From assembly GCA_001244265.2 (NCBI GenBank), contig CDLV01000010.1:310001-374000 (forward strand): 64,000 bases of DNA. Reading direction: 5' to 3'. Of this stretch, positions 1-12,360 are shown piece after piece. Positions within the stretch are counted from its first letter, which is position 1. The number at the start of each line of letters is the position of its first letter. The position numbers and the translations under genes were made by a program. The notes under the pieces are model-generated. The model saw only the letters and a program-made list of their open reading frames with translations, did no database searches and was not told where the DNA came from. Source of the DNA: Microbotryum violaceum (Eukaryota).

Positions 1-2521
1 AAACACGATGTTCGCGATCGGTCGTCCGGGGAAAAGGTAACCCGCTACGAACTCGGCTGTCAGATGAGGGGTGGGATCAGTCTCGGCAGCTAAAACGCGG
101 TCCGGAAAGGGATCTGAAGGTTGCATACTGATTACGTTCAGGCCGAGAGTTGTATTCGCTGGAGTGCGATTGGGCAAAGCCTTTGGTTAGCTGAAGCGAC
201 GACTCGTCAGGAGCAAAGCTCGAAAGCTCACTGATTGCAGCGATGATCTAATTCCCATCCATCAAACCAAGGTAAAGAAGGTTATGTCAACACCAAGCCA
301 CCGTCAAGGCCCATAACACTCACCCCAACAGGGACCAAGAATGCCACGGCCATTAAGATGCTCAACAACAGACCCCAGACGGGTAACTGCATGGGGTAGA
401 ACGTGATGAGTGCGATGGCAGCGAGGATCATGGAGAAGAACTGCAGAGCCAATCGATCAGGAGTCAGTTCCGCACCATGACGATACGAGTGATGAACCCA
501 GTTCCGAAGACCGCAGTTACAACTGAGAAGTAATACCGATTTGGAATAGGATCATATGACCTCTCCAACATCTCGACATGAATATCCGCGACCGCATCCT
601 TCCTCGTGGTGAACGCCGCCTTGATATCGTTCATATGCCAAAGCAAGACCGTCGTAATCGCCGAAGTCAAAACCGCGAAGGAGACGCCGTAACAGAGCGC
701 AAAGTAGGGGGTAAGTAGGATGGGTTGGACCTCGGCGTAGCGCGTTTCGTTGAGCGATAGATCAGGGTTGAGGATCTCCAGGACGTCGAGACGGCCAAAG
801 GTGGAGTTGTAAAGATGGGCGGCGAGGGGTGAGTCGAACGAACGCGCGTTCCAGAAGTTGCCAAAGTAGAGGAGAGGGGTGATGACCCACATGTTCTGTA
901 GGGCGCAAAAGGCTCGTTCAGAGATGGTGAATGATGAGACTGGTAAAAAGCGCATTGACTCACAAAGGCAAGTCCGAAAAAGTACGAAGCTTGGGCAAAG
1001 AAGGGCGTGTAAAGCGCTCCCGTTCCGCCAATGACGGACCAATCAAGCGACTATGGTGAACAATATCAGTCCACAGCCCTTGCTTCATCCGATAAATAGA
1101 GCGAAGACAGGGACCCACGAAGCAAAGAAAACCAAAGCCATCATAGCCCGACCCAAGTGTGCGCATGATGAGACTCTGATTGTTCATGATGCACAACACC
1201 GCGATCGATGTAAGGGTTGGGAATACGAGTGCGGGCAAGAACTGCCATGAAAAGATGCCGAGAAAGCTGTGGAAACCCATGTCAGTTCGACAAGCTAATG
1301 CAGGACGAAGGCATCACCACTTACTTGTAGGTGAAGAATTTCATCCTGTCCTTGGTCTCCTTGATACTCTCCTTTGCTCCACCATGCAATGTCTCAAACA
1401 ATGTGACATAGACCAGAGTCGAGGGCCACAACATCGCTGTGGGCCTCACCAACAACCGATACGTCAACCCAGAGAAGGCGAACCCGATCAATTGCGTCGA
1501 CAGCAGGAGCAGCAAACCGCCAATCGCTCCTAGATCGGTCTTGTAGTAGAGGTCTTGGACGGAGATGATTTCACCTGCGTAGGCTGCTGAAGCTCCACTG
1601 CCTGCTAGTACGCCGATGAGGAGGTGTTCCTTTTTGTTGAATTCGCCGGAGGAAAGAGATTCGGGTAGTATCGAGGTCATCCAATGCCCCAGGGGGAAGG
1701 CGATGAGGATGACGAAGAAGCTCGAGAAGGAAGGCGCGTTGGATTTGAAAAAGAAGAGTTGCGAAACGGCGGCTGCGAGGTCGATTGGAGGGTCAGTTCA
1801 GTTCTGTGCCGGCGATTTAGGCCGAGCAAAAGTGCCGAGGAGTACTGACCTCCGAGGATGCAGAGTATTGTACCGAGGATAAAGACTCGGAACGTAAGCG
1901 CCGGTAATGTAGGATCATCACTCTCGGGTACGATCTGCGCAGTATTGGGTGTTAGATGAGTTGTGAATTTCTAAAGCTCATCAACGAAAAGCCTTTTCAA
2001 CTGACCCTTCTGACCATGGACATGGCCGAGTCGAGATCCAAATCCTCATCCTTGAACAGCGGAAGTTCGTCATGGTCCATCTCGTCAACCAGCGCCTTGT
2101 CCTCGTCATCATGGTCCTGACTATGCCTGTCGTGGCTACTCCGAGTGGGAAAAGTCGTTGAGTCGGCGGCGGTCTTGTCCATGGCGGCTGCTGCTGATGA
2201 TCGATTGCCACGAGGTGTCCTTGATCGGGACCTAGGGATCAATTCGTACGCTTCGTCGTCGTCCTGATGGTCATCGAGGTATCGATCGCCTATGGATCGC
2301 CTTCCTTGAGCCATTGAATGCATCGCTGAATGCATCGCTGAATGCATCGCTGTTGCTGCTGCCGCTGCTGTGTTGGTCGAAGCTGATTCGTGCCGACGGT
2401 GAGGAGCTGATTGATGAGCGCTGTGTGCGCCGCTCGTGCTCGGTTGAGTCGGTGACTGCAGCACTTGCACATCATCGTCCTGTATCGGCGCGTATGGTCC
2501 GGATCTTCCAGCCGTGACCAT
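1..2521 (-). CDS. OPT-family oligopeptide transporter, multi-exon, 3' end runs off the window
   Basis: OPT-typical segments: FNKKEHLLIGVLA, LSTQLIGFAFSGL...LVRPTAMLWPSTLVYVTLFETLH, WQFLPALVFPTLTSIAVLC, DIHVEMLERSY. ATG at 2521 (MVTAGRSG...) starts a low-complexity N-tail. Many short GT-AG introns. Confidence 0.9.
2314..2352. repeat. 12-bp tandem repeat x3 (TGAATGCATCGC) coding AMHS repeats in the OPT N-terminal tail
   Basis: Visible directly; translation AMHSAMHSAMHS. Confidence 0.85.
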
Positions 2522-2820
2522 GGCTGCGTGTTCGGATCTCCCAATGCCGAGATGGACGAGCCGAGCGGCAAGAGGTCGAAAGGCGCGGAAGGCCGACACG
2601 GTTACGGCGGCAGAGACACGCGCCTCATGCGCCTCGTCGCGTCATCACCCCGTAGACTCATGCCCCGTAGACCGTCCTGTGGCTCCTGTCGCAGGAGGAA
2701 TACGCACCGCACACTCCGGTCGCTCTCAATCTGGATCGAGGAGCGTAAACGGTCACTCTCCCTCTTTTCGCCCCTCATATCCACCACGCGCCCCCTCCGC
2801 CACCCCATCCCCGCCGTACG

Positions 2821-4496
2821 ATGGCGCCCCTGTCCTTTCGACGCCCTCTCCGGCCCCTGCTGGTCCTCTTCCTCCTCTCCCTCATCATCTACTACCAAAC
2901 CCGTTCCACAGTATCCAAGAGAGAATTTCTCCGCGCGAGCCAGTCCGCCGCGTCCAAAGTGTTCCCCCACAACATCGTACCCCCACCGAAACCGAAACCG
3001 AGGAACATGAAATGGAAGGCCCCCCCTTTCCAACCACTCGAACCCGACTTTTACACGACCTCGGAGCACGATGGTAGTGGGGTGGTAGCCGGTCAAGCCG
3101 TTTACTGGAGGAGGATCGTCGCCGTGGGGGATGTGCATGGCGACTTGCCTCATCTTACGTGCGTTTCTCGGGGAAGAGACACATGATCCTCCTCGACTGA
3201 CCCTGGACAGTTCGCGCTTATCTCCCCCAGTCGTATCCTGCGCCATCTCGACCTCCTCTCACTCAAGAACGAATGGATAGGAGGTCGTACGATCCTCGTC
3301 CAAACGGGGGACATTGTCGATCGAGGCAAGGACACGATCGCGCTCTATCGCTTCTTTGACATACTTCGTCCTCAAGCTGAACGCGCCGGAGGTGCGCTCG
3401 TCAATTTGTTGGGCAATCACGAGTTGATGAATGCGATGCATGATTGGAGATACGTTACGCCAGAGGTAAGTCTTTCAAGGGCATCCACTGCGGTCTCACT
3501 TCTCGCCGGAGCAATCTGGCTGATTCGACCTTTGACTCTTAATCAGGACATTGCAAGTTTCGGAGGCGAACGAGCTCGCCTGGAAGCCATGACAACAGGC
3601 TGGATTGGCAAAAGCTGGCGAGCCAACTACAGCATCATCGCTCGCGTCCCTCTAGCACCCTATGGCCTTCCCGTCCCTCCCTCACTTTCGATCGAATACG
3701 CCCCTCCGATAAATGGGATCCCGACCTCGCTGAAATACGTCCAGAACCCACCTCTACCTCCATTGAAGGGGAAAGGACAACAAGATCCTTTTTCTCATGC
3801 TGCGATCGCTTTCGTGCATGGAGGTACGATCCCCGAATACTTGAGGAGTTTATCCCTGAAACCTGGACAAACACTCGTCACTAAAATCAACGAGATCGGT
3901 TCCTCAATCCTCGAATCGCTCGTGAACGATTCCATCTCCCCGCTCCAATTGCCCCCCAAGTCAACGGACGAACAAAAGATATTCTGGAGTGAGCAGGGAC
4001 CGATGTGGAATAGGGAGTATGCTTTGCACGAGGACGAGGACGAGATTTGTGAGAGGGCAAAGAGGGCGTGCGATATGTTGGGGGTGAGGAGGATGGTGAT
4101 GGGTCATACGCCGGATTTTGAACAGGTTCGAGAGAGGTGTGAGGGAAGAGTTTTGTTGATCGATACGGGTGAGTTTTATTCGAATGAAGGTTGTTGATGT
4201 AGGCACAGGCGGTAAATGTTCATCCCGTACATGCAGGCATTTCCCGAGCCTACGGAGGTTCGCTCTCGGCGCTCGAGATCATCACGACCTACACCCCTCA
4301 AAGCCCCTTCCCAGCGCCATTCATACCAGGGCCTCTAGACGAACCGATAACGTTGGATACGCCGAGGGAGGTTCCGGACGGTCCGATGAGTTGGTTGGAG
4401 AAGGAAGTTGTGAAAGCTATTTATGTAGGAGAGCGAGGGAGGGATCAGGTGGTGTTGGCAGAGGAGGAGCGATATGTTGAATTACCTGGGCTATAG
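2821..4496 (+). CDS. Membrane-anchored calcineurin-like metallophosphoesterase (Shewanella-like phosphatase type)
   Basis: Motifs GDVHGD, LVQTGDIVDRG, LGNHE, FVHGG, GPMWNR, MVMGHTP, LIDTG(IS). N-terminal hydrophobic anchor LLVLFLLSLIIYY. Three introns; TAG 4494-4496. Confidence 0.88.
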
Positions 4497-4727
4497 GGGT
4501 GTGTGTGTAACATATAGGTGTTTTTCCATTTTTCACACGACGCCATCCCTGGTACGGGACGAATGAGCTCCCAAATGCAGTCTCGCCGTTCCCCCACTTG
4601 GGGCCCAGCTGACTGGGTCCGTGCGTGGCTGGGCTTGGCTTTCAATTTGAGGCGGTGACGACGGGGCGAGCGTGTGACTGGAGCGCTTCCCCTCTGCCTT
4701 CGAGCCACAGAACATCGAGGCACGACC

Positions 4728-6826
4728 ATGTCCTCCTCGAACGACGATGGATCGGTGCCGAACCCGTTCCTAGCAGAAGGTGAAAATCCCGTCATCTCGT
4801 CGTCGCAATCCCTCTCGACCTTGACACCCCACGACAACGACAACGACAACGGTCATCACGACAAGCTCTCCACCGCCGTGGCAGAACCTACTTCGGCCGC
4901 ATACACCTCGACCGAACCTTATCCACAGGACGATGCGACCGAGGAACAGCTCAAGGCGGCGAGTGCGAGTGCGAATGCGAAACCGAGAATGGATCTGATT
5001 CAGGTCAGTCTCGGGGGGCCTCATACCCGGTCCGCTGTGAAGGCATGCTTGCTCACGGTGGGTTCTTGTAGATCGTGGATGCGCTCAAGACGAGCGAAGG
5101 TGCGAATGCGAGCTATATCGTCTACTGCGTCCGATTTGAGGTCAGTCCGCCCTCTCTTCGTCCCTCTTCCCCCAATCGGCATCGTCATCCGTCCCCGTCG
5201 TCACCGCGCGCGCAGCACTCCCCCCTGTCCCATCGATACTGACCTCGCACTCATCATCCAGGGCAAGGAAGCACGCCGTCGTTACTCGGACTTTGATTCC
5301 CTGCGCCAAGCGCTCTGTCTCCTCTACCCATGCTTCATCGTCCCCCCTCTGCCCCGAAGAATTCGCTCTCCTCCTACGCGCTCTCCGGTACCAAACCTTC
5401 CAAAGCCAAAGAGGATGCCGCCCTCGTCGCGCGTCGTAAACGCATGTTGGCGACGTTCCTCAACCGTACCCTCGCCCATCGCGTACTAGGTGTCGATCGT
5501 ATCTTCCGCAAGTTCCTCGATCCGGAATGGCCCTGGAACGACGTCCTTCATTCACCTCCCGTAACCCAAGTGTCCAAGAACCCGTTGAGAACTTCGGCTT
5601 CCGATCCAACGAACGCCGAATCCTTGGCCCTCTTCTCCACCTTACCCCTCCCTTCCACTTCGGCCAGTTTGCATAACCCCGATCAAAGGTTCTTGGATTC
5701 GGAGGCGTTCACGAATAAATTTTCGAATCACTTGGCCGGTACGATGGAGAAGGTTAATCGTAGGTTGATGAAGAGGTGGAATGAAGCGGCGGGCGATTGG
5801 GCCGATATGGGTGGTGGGATGAATGGGTTCGCTCTGAGGATGGGGAAGATGGTAGTGGAGGCTTGGACGATGCGACCGAACGGGTTGGGATGGCCGTGGA
5901 TGGTTATACGAGTGCGACGAATACTATGGTCAGTCCCCCTACACCGAGCGCGCGGTGAGCGGGGAAGCCTTTTTTGTATATTGATTGGATTTTTGGAACG
6001 CCGTACAGCTACAAGCATGGGAAAGGGACTTTACCGAACCTTTATCGGAATACACCCAATTCTCCGCGATCATTAAACAACTCCTCAAATACCGGCACCT
6101 CAAGCACGTACAATACGAAACGACCCGAGAGGTTTTGGAGAACAAACGAGGCGCTTTGGAGGAATTGGAGAGGAGTGAGGTCGAGGCGCAGAGGTTGGAA
6201 AAGGCTTTGGAGAGGATTAGGTTGGGTGGGGACGCGAACCTCACGACGACGGGGGGCGCGACGGGGTCGAGGTTACTTTCGGGTGAAGGAGGGGAGGGAG
6301 AGGCGGTGAATGTGATTCCACCGCCTGTGACGACGATTCCGAGGAAGGCGAGTACGGGCTTGTTGGGTGCGCTCAGTCATACACTTTCCGGGATTGTGGA
6401 TAATGATCCTGAGGCGACGAGGAGGAACAACATCACCAGAACGAGGGAATCTATTGCACAAGTACGTCCCGAGCCAGACTCAAAGGTGGCAAATCCCGCC
6501 CCCTCCCCCCCTAACGCTCCCCCTGCTTGGATGCACAGTTGGACGCAGGCATTAAAGCTCTCACTGCGGACCTTCGATACGCCTCTTCAACGATCCAAGC
6601 AGATCTAGATCGGTTCCAGCGACAAAAAGTCAATGATTTGAGAGAGATGTGCGTCGATTTGAGCAAGGCGCATCGGGAGTGGGCACAAAAGGTACGTTGG
6701 GATTCACTTTGGGCGATTCGTTAGGAGGTGGGGGGTTACTAATATCTTTGTCGGTTCCTGATGTGGTAGAATTTGGAGATGTGGCAGTCGGCCAAAGAGG
6801 CGATCGAGGCGATCGACATCGACTAG
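4728..6826 (+). CDS. PX-BAR sorting nexin (Snx41/Atg20-like)
   Basis: PX motifs YIVY, RRRYSDFDSLRQAL, YPCFIVPPLP, RRKRMLATFLNR, FRKFLDP. BAR-type helices EPLSEYTQFSAIIKQLLKYRHLKHVQYE and IQADLDRFQRQKVNDL. Two 1-nt frameshifts in homopolymer runs (~5352, ~5843). Confidence 0.88.
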
Positions 6827-7137
6827 AGGCATCGACTCGGACTCCTTCCAAAAACGACCCCCTTTCTTGCCTGTGTTGATGTGTGATCTTTTTTCTTGTA
6901 TGATACTATAAGGTCGTTTGGTCTTTGGAGCCTAGCCTGGTTTGGTTTTGGTTTTGCGGTCCCTGTGCCATGATTTTGCCTTTTCACGTTGGGCCTTGGA
7001 TACGAGTCGATGGGGAAGAGTTTTCGCCAGCTCGCGGTCGTGCGGGAGACCATCAGCCGTTTGGCCACGCGACATTGATCTCGAAAAAACGGTGCAAGAC
7101 TAGGTCAATTCGAACCCCCAACAAATACGAAAAAGAG

Positions 7138-7171
<34 letters not shown>
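7138..7171 (+). repeat. Genomic poly(A) tract (~34 nt) between convergent genes
   Basis: Visible directly. Confidence 0.9.
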
Positions 7172-7173
<2 letters not shown>

Positions 7174-7205
7174 AAAAAAGTTGTACACTCCCTCAAGAAC
7201 CAGTG

Positions 7206-8375
7206 CTACCCCCTCCCCTCCTCCAAATCGACCAAGTCGTCTTCCTCCTCCTCCTCCCTATCCACCTTGTTCGACCTCCTCAATTCCTCGACAAGGTTCT
7301 GCAGCTTAATTTCGAACATGGGAGAATCAAAGGTTCTGGGGGTCGGTCTTGAGTGGGGAAGAGTAGTGGGAAGGGAAGAGTATTTTGAGCTATCGGGGGA
7401 GTGGTGAGTCCGCCTTTTTCTTCGCCTTTTACGACGACGCCGTATTGTAGATGATGTAAGATCTGGGACAGGGGGGGCCAAACACCGAGAAAGGTGAGTC
7501 CCTCTCCTTGGAAACGCCCTACACTCCCCTAAACGACCGAACCCACCTTGACCCTGCTCCTCCTCATCCAACCGCTCTCCGTCCGCTTGAACGTTCTCCG
7601 CCCATTCCTCGCCCAACAAAGCCGTATAATCCCTGCCCATTTCTTCATTCTCCTCCGTGCGTTCGACCGCACTGGCCGAATTGGGATCGGCGAAAACGAG
7701 TACGATGAGTACGAATTGGGAGAGGGCGATAAGTAGGTCGAGTAAAACGAGGTGCGATTTCGAAGGGGTGATAGCTGAATCCAAACGCAACGCAGGGTCT
7801 TTATTAGTGGGGTGTGTAACTTGCAAAAAAACAAAGTACCTCGCACAAGTCTGATTTACCTTGTCCTACGAAATCTACGATGAGTCCAGTCGAACTCCAT
7901 CTTTTGGTGCCTTTGGTACCTCGACTACCTTGCCAAGCATGGACGATTACCGAGGAAGCATTGACGAAGAACCAGACGCTGAGGAGATGGCATAAGGAAC
8001 GCGCAGGGTGTATCTTGCGCGAGGAGGAGAATTGAACGTGGGAGAAGAGACGTAGGAGGAAGGTGAGCACTGTCGGACACGGGGCACGGGGAAGCGGTGG
8101 GTCAGTTGGGTTCGTTCGGTTGGAGAGGGGAGAGACAGGGTAAGGGGGTACGTACGATGGGAAGGTGACAAGAGGTAGGAATGCACAAAGAGGATCCAGA
8201 TGATGGCGTCGAGGGAGGCAAGCAGTTCGAGACGACTTGTCGACGCCGAGGAGGCTGAGAACGAAGGGGAGGAAGGGGAGGGCGATGACAAGCCGAGGCG
8301 GATGTTGGGATGAGTCGATGATGAAACCGAGTTGGACGTCGTCGCCCGAGAGGAGGGGAGCGGTGGGGAAGCCAC
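7206..8375 (-). CDS. DUF1746 membrane protein (Dsc4/Vld1/Gld1-like Dsc E3 ligase subunit); start codon uncertain, probably GTG at 8375
   Basis: Spliced reading LLASLDAIIWILFVHSYLLSPSHLLTFLLRLFSHVQF...IHPARSL, GLIVDFVGQ, PSKSHLVLLDLLIALSQFVLI resembles DUF1746. No minus-strand ATG between the conserved region and 8595. Confidence 0.7.
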
Positions 8376-8571
8376 GATGGGCGAACAGAAGGCGAACTCG
8401 AATACACACCCACGTGCGAGTGCGACAGACCAGGCAGCGGGAGCGAGCTCGAACACTGAAGCAGGATCCTGATCGAGGCAGGATGCTCGAGATGGACCGA
8501 GCCAGCGATGAATGGGCTCGTAAGCGCTCCACTTTTGAACTGACGCCGCTTGCAGTTCCGATTATAAAATG

Positions 8572-8659
8572 ACGCGTGTTCGTATTAAGCGCTCCATTAT
8601 CTGGGGACGCCCACGCGCCAGTTGGGAATTGCGATTACAAACGACGCGTGCCGACGCGT
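8572..8659. promoter_or_regulatory. Cluster of three ACGCGT (MCB-type) elements in the divergent DUF1746/Scm3 promoter
   Basis: ACGCGT at 8572, 8644 and 8654; TATAAAA at 8563. Function inferred from ascomycete MBF sites. Confidence 0.45.
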
Positions 8660-8789
8660 GCGTTTGTGTTGCCTCTCTCTGACCGAGCACTGATAACTCT
8701 GTCGCGAGAACCAACCAGTGACCGCGCCCACTTTAGTACTGACGCCCAATGTCGTCGCCGAGGAGCTAAGGGCCCGATCAGCAACAACG

Positions 8790-11700
8790 ATGTCGATTCG
8801 ACCGGTGATTATCCGCTACGCTGATTCTGATGAAAGACCGCGAGCGTCACGAGCGCACGACGGTGTACGACGCGACTCGAGCCGGCGGTCGGCGTCAGGG
8901 CCGTCAGGGGGAGCCATCACTGTCACCTCCGCCGCGGTCGCTCAAAGCGCTCCAAGCAGGCGCACCACCTCGACGACGTTGGATCTCGATCGCGCCAGGT
9001 CCATGTCGGTACAGCCGCAGCAGAGCGGCAGTGTAGACAAGGGAAAGTCGAACGCAAAGGGGAACCCACCCATCAACATCTCGGCTCATTCGTTCAGTGA
9101 CTGGTCATTGTCAGTCGCCATCTCACCCAGCCGATCACACACACACCCGCGAGATGAAGCTGAGCCTTGCCCTCCTCTCTCCCCCCGATCAAATCACTAG
9201 GGAACAAGTCGAATCGGACCTGCACAAACAAGCGCACAAGCACGTCATTCGTCGCATGCGCCAAACATGGCTCGACATCGAACACCGTCACACCACCCTC
9301 ACCCGACCCCGATCGACCGACCACCCCCACGCGCATTCGACCCGTTCCTCCGTTGCGGCGTTCTACAACACCCACATCGGCTCCAGTCGAGCGATCCCAG
9401 AGGAAGACGACGACATTATCGATTTGGAAACGATGCAGATCGTGCAGGATCGGGGCATGTTGAGGAGGATAAAGAATGGCGCGTTTGCCTTGGAACCGAG
9501 GTTGTGTGGGGTATACCAGACCGACCTCAAAGTCAAGAACAAAACCGATGATCAGATTCGTGCCCCCGATCCGGCGGATGACGATCGCGAATGGCAGTCT
9601 GACGACGAATCACCACCGGCAGAAGATCCAGAGCAGGAAGAAGAGGACGAACTCGCTCGCATGGACGACCTCACCTCCCAACCGAGCTACGAATACTTTG
9701 CCGAGAAACGACGCCGCATGAACGAACGCCAGTCCTTGCTCGAATTCCATCGCGCCGAACTCTATGCCAGGCGATCTCAATCCGAGGCCATGTCCAGTCG
9801 CGCTTTCGACGATGATCCCGAAGAGGAATGGTCGAGAATGGAAAAGAGCCTCCAAGCGAGCTTTGGAGGGAATCAAGTCCTCGAGGACATCGACCCGGGC
9901 CATGGGATGCCAGAGGACCCCGAAGGGGATCAGGAGGAGGAGGATGAATTTGATGCGTTCTACGAGGATGCGCTGCCAAAACGGATACAGGATCGACTGA
10001 GGAGAAAGCGGCGCGAGTGGACGATCCATCAGCTCTCGCCCTCGTCGCCTCGAGCGAGGTCCATGGCCCCTTTCAGGCGAGGGCGTTACCACAAGGCACC
10101 GACCACTTCACTGGCGACCAAGAATCAACTTTCTATCAAACGAACAGGTCCGACCTTTGATCGATCTTCGACTGCTCCTCCATCCCTGACAACGACCACA
10201 TCGCCGGGTTCGAGTTCGAGTCTGCGTCGGCTGAGCATCGGCTTGGGTCAAGTCAAACTGACCTCGAGCAGTCCTTTGGCGACTCGGCCCGTCATCTCGG
10301 GTACTCATCCTCCCTCGGAATCGAGTTCTGATCCCCCTTCTTCGTCCATGTCGCCACAACGCCAGAAGGGACGACCGAGATCAATATTGAGGCCTGTGGA
10401 TTTGTCGAGCGAGGTGAGTTTTCAGATCGCGTCTGCCTTCGGTCCAAGCTCGCCTTCCATAGCTGAAAGATCATCTCACACCTTCAACACAGCGCGAATC
10501 ATCCCCACCACCGCTACGACCTCGAGAACCCTCACCCGAATTCGAACGTCCACCCACACCCGATTTCCCGCGCGCGCCCACACCCGAATTTCAACGACCT
10601 CCAACACCTCCTTTATCCAGCTCTTCTTCCCACGCTGCTTTTCGCCCCCCTCGAATCCGACAACACAGTTTCTCCCTCGTCATTGAACAAAAATTCCCGT
10701 CGCCCAAACCTTACGTTCTGGGTGAACCACCTCTCGTTCGTCAACCTAGAAGGAAGGTAGCACTTTCTTCTCCCACCACACAAGCACAGTCGTCAGCGCC
10801 AGCCCCACCTAGATTACCACTCTCGCCATCACCTACGCCCGGTCCCTCTCCTTCCCGAAGAAGAAGAGCCGAATCATCAACGACCTCAATCACGATAGCG
10901 GAGATGACGAAACACGATTCTCAGACTTTATCGGCTTCGCCAGCTAAAAAACATAAACTCGAACCTTTCGTTAATCAAATTCTGGACCCTTTGCCCGAGT
11001 ATGATGCTTTGGACGAGGAGGAATCGGAGGATGAGTTGGGTTGGGATCGAGATCGAGATCGATCGTCGGTTGGGGATTGCGCGAAGAAGAGGAGGACGTC
11101 GATCGGTCCTTCTTCGAGAAGAGCTTCGTCCGGCCTCTTCAAGACGGAGATCAAGCGTGTTAGGAGACGAGCTTTATCGACGTTTGAGTATTCGTCTTTC
11201 GAGGCGAAGAGACTCGGAGGGGCTGAGAAGGAAGACGAGCAAAGGCTGGGGATGACGGGTTTGCCTACGCCACCTACTTCGAGAGGGGCTGAGGAGGCCG
11301 AAGCGTCGAGGTCTTTGATGTTGGGCAACGGCAGCAGCAGCAGCAGCAGCAGCAGTAGCAGCAGCGGTGCCGAGAGGCCTTTTGGCGTCGTTCCTCTTAC
11401 CTCACCGCATCGCGAACGACCTCAAAATCAACACAACCGGCATCGTTGCTCCTATCCACCCTTGAACCACCCTCCCCGTCGAACAAGCTTCCCAAATCCA
11501 AGCACCCACTTCTCACCCACCCTATCGACGACACGTCAGTTAACCTCCGAAACTTCCTGGGTGCCTATAACGTATTTGACGCCCGAGGGGTTCAGGAGGG
11601 AAGGGACGGTCGTCTTGCCTAGTGAGGATTGGGATGATGGGCCGACCCCGGGGACTGGGGAGGAGGATGGGGACGGTTCGGAGGATGAATTGATGCTCAG

Positions 11701-11980
11701 GCCTTGGGCAAGTCGGGACGATGGTCTCCTCAAGAAGAAGACCTCTGTACCTCCACTTCAATCCCAAGAAGACCAAACTGAAGCTGAAGCGGAACAAGAC
11801 GAACCCCTCCAAGCAGGACCCCTCGACCCTCCCCCACGAGGGAGGTCCAAATCGACCTTTAGTAGTCCCCTTCGACCATCTTCGAGATCGCGTCTTTCAA
11901 GAGGTAAGACGATCATTCTCGAATTACCTCCTTTACCGGCCCTTCCGGAAGAGTCGGAGGATGAACTGGATTGTATTTGA
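8790..11980 (+). CDS. Scm3/HJURP-like CENP-A chaperone domain protein with long disordered C-terminus
   Basis: RRMRQTWLDIEHRH...DDDIIDLETMQIVQDRGMLRRI matches the Scm3 pattern (D-x-I-D-L-x-T-x-x-I-V-x-D-x-G-x-L). Introns 9110-9200 and 10414-10492 join the three ORF-track frames in the correct phase. Confidence 0.65.
11331..11366 (+). repeat. (AGC)n microsatellite coding poly-Ser
   Basis: Visible directly inside the CDS. Confidence 0.85.
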
Positions 11981-12360
11981 GCGAGGTGGAGCAGAGGGGC
12001 GACCGACTCCGGAGGGGTGACTGTGTGGTAGGTATCTGTTTCTTTCTCCAGTCCCCGTTCTTCTTTGGAGAGTTTGCTTTGATGTGCTTCTCTTCTTATG
12101 TGTTGTGCTATTTAAGATCTCAAATAACTGTGTCGAGCGCTCGAAAGGACCTCACAAAAAGTTGTCCCTTTGGATCGGCGGACGGCGCCATGCTTTCAAC
12201 TCGCTCTGATCGGACGTTCCTTCCAAGATCTCTTCGAACTAGCTAGTCAAGACCTTTAAACACACGAGGCAGACCTCATCCCGACCCATCCCGACCGTAC
12301 CCAATCCTCTGTCTATGATGCGAGTTGACACGATTATTCTTGAAGATATCCTTCTATTGA

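Noticed and set aside
5340-5860. Two frameshifts in the sorting nexin as programmed frameshifting or pseudogenisation
   Set aside because: Both fall in short C or G homopolymers and adding one base restores sensible protein, which is typical of long-read consensus errors. Raw reads would confirm.
7138-7171. Poly(A) tract as a retrocopy or SINE tail; poly-Lys ORF 6925-7407
   Set aside because: No TSD or element body is visible, and the Lys run is just the translated homopolymer.
9100-10500. Apparent frameshifts in the Scm3-like gene
   Set aside because: Explained by phase-correct GT-AG introns 9110-9200 and 10414-10492.
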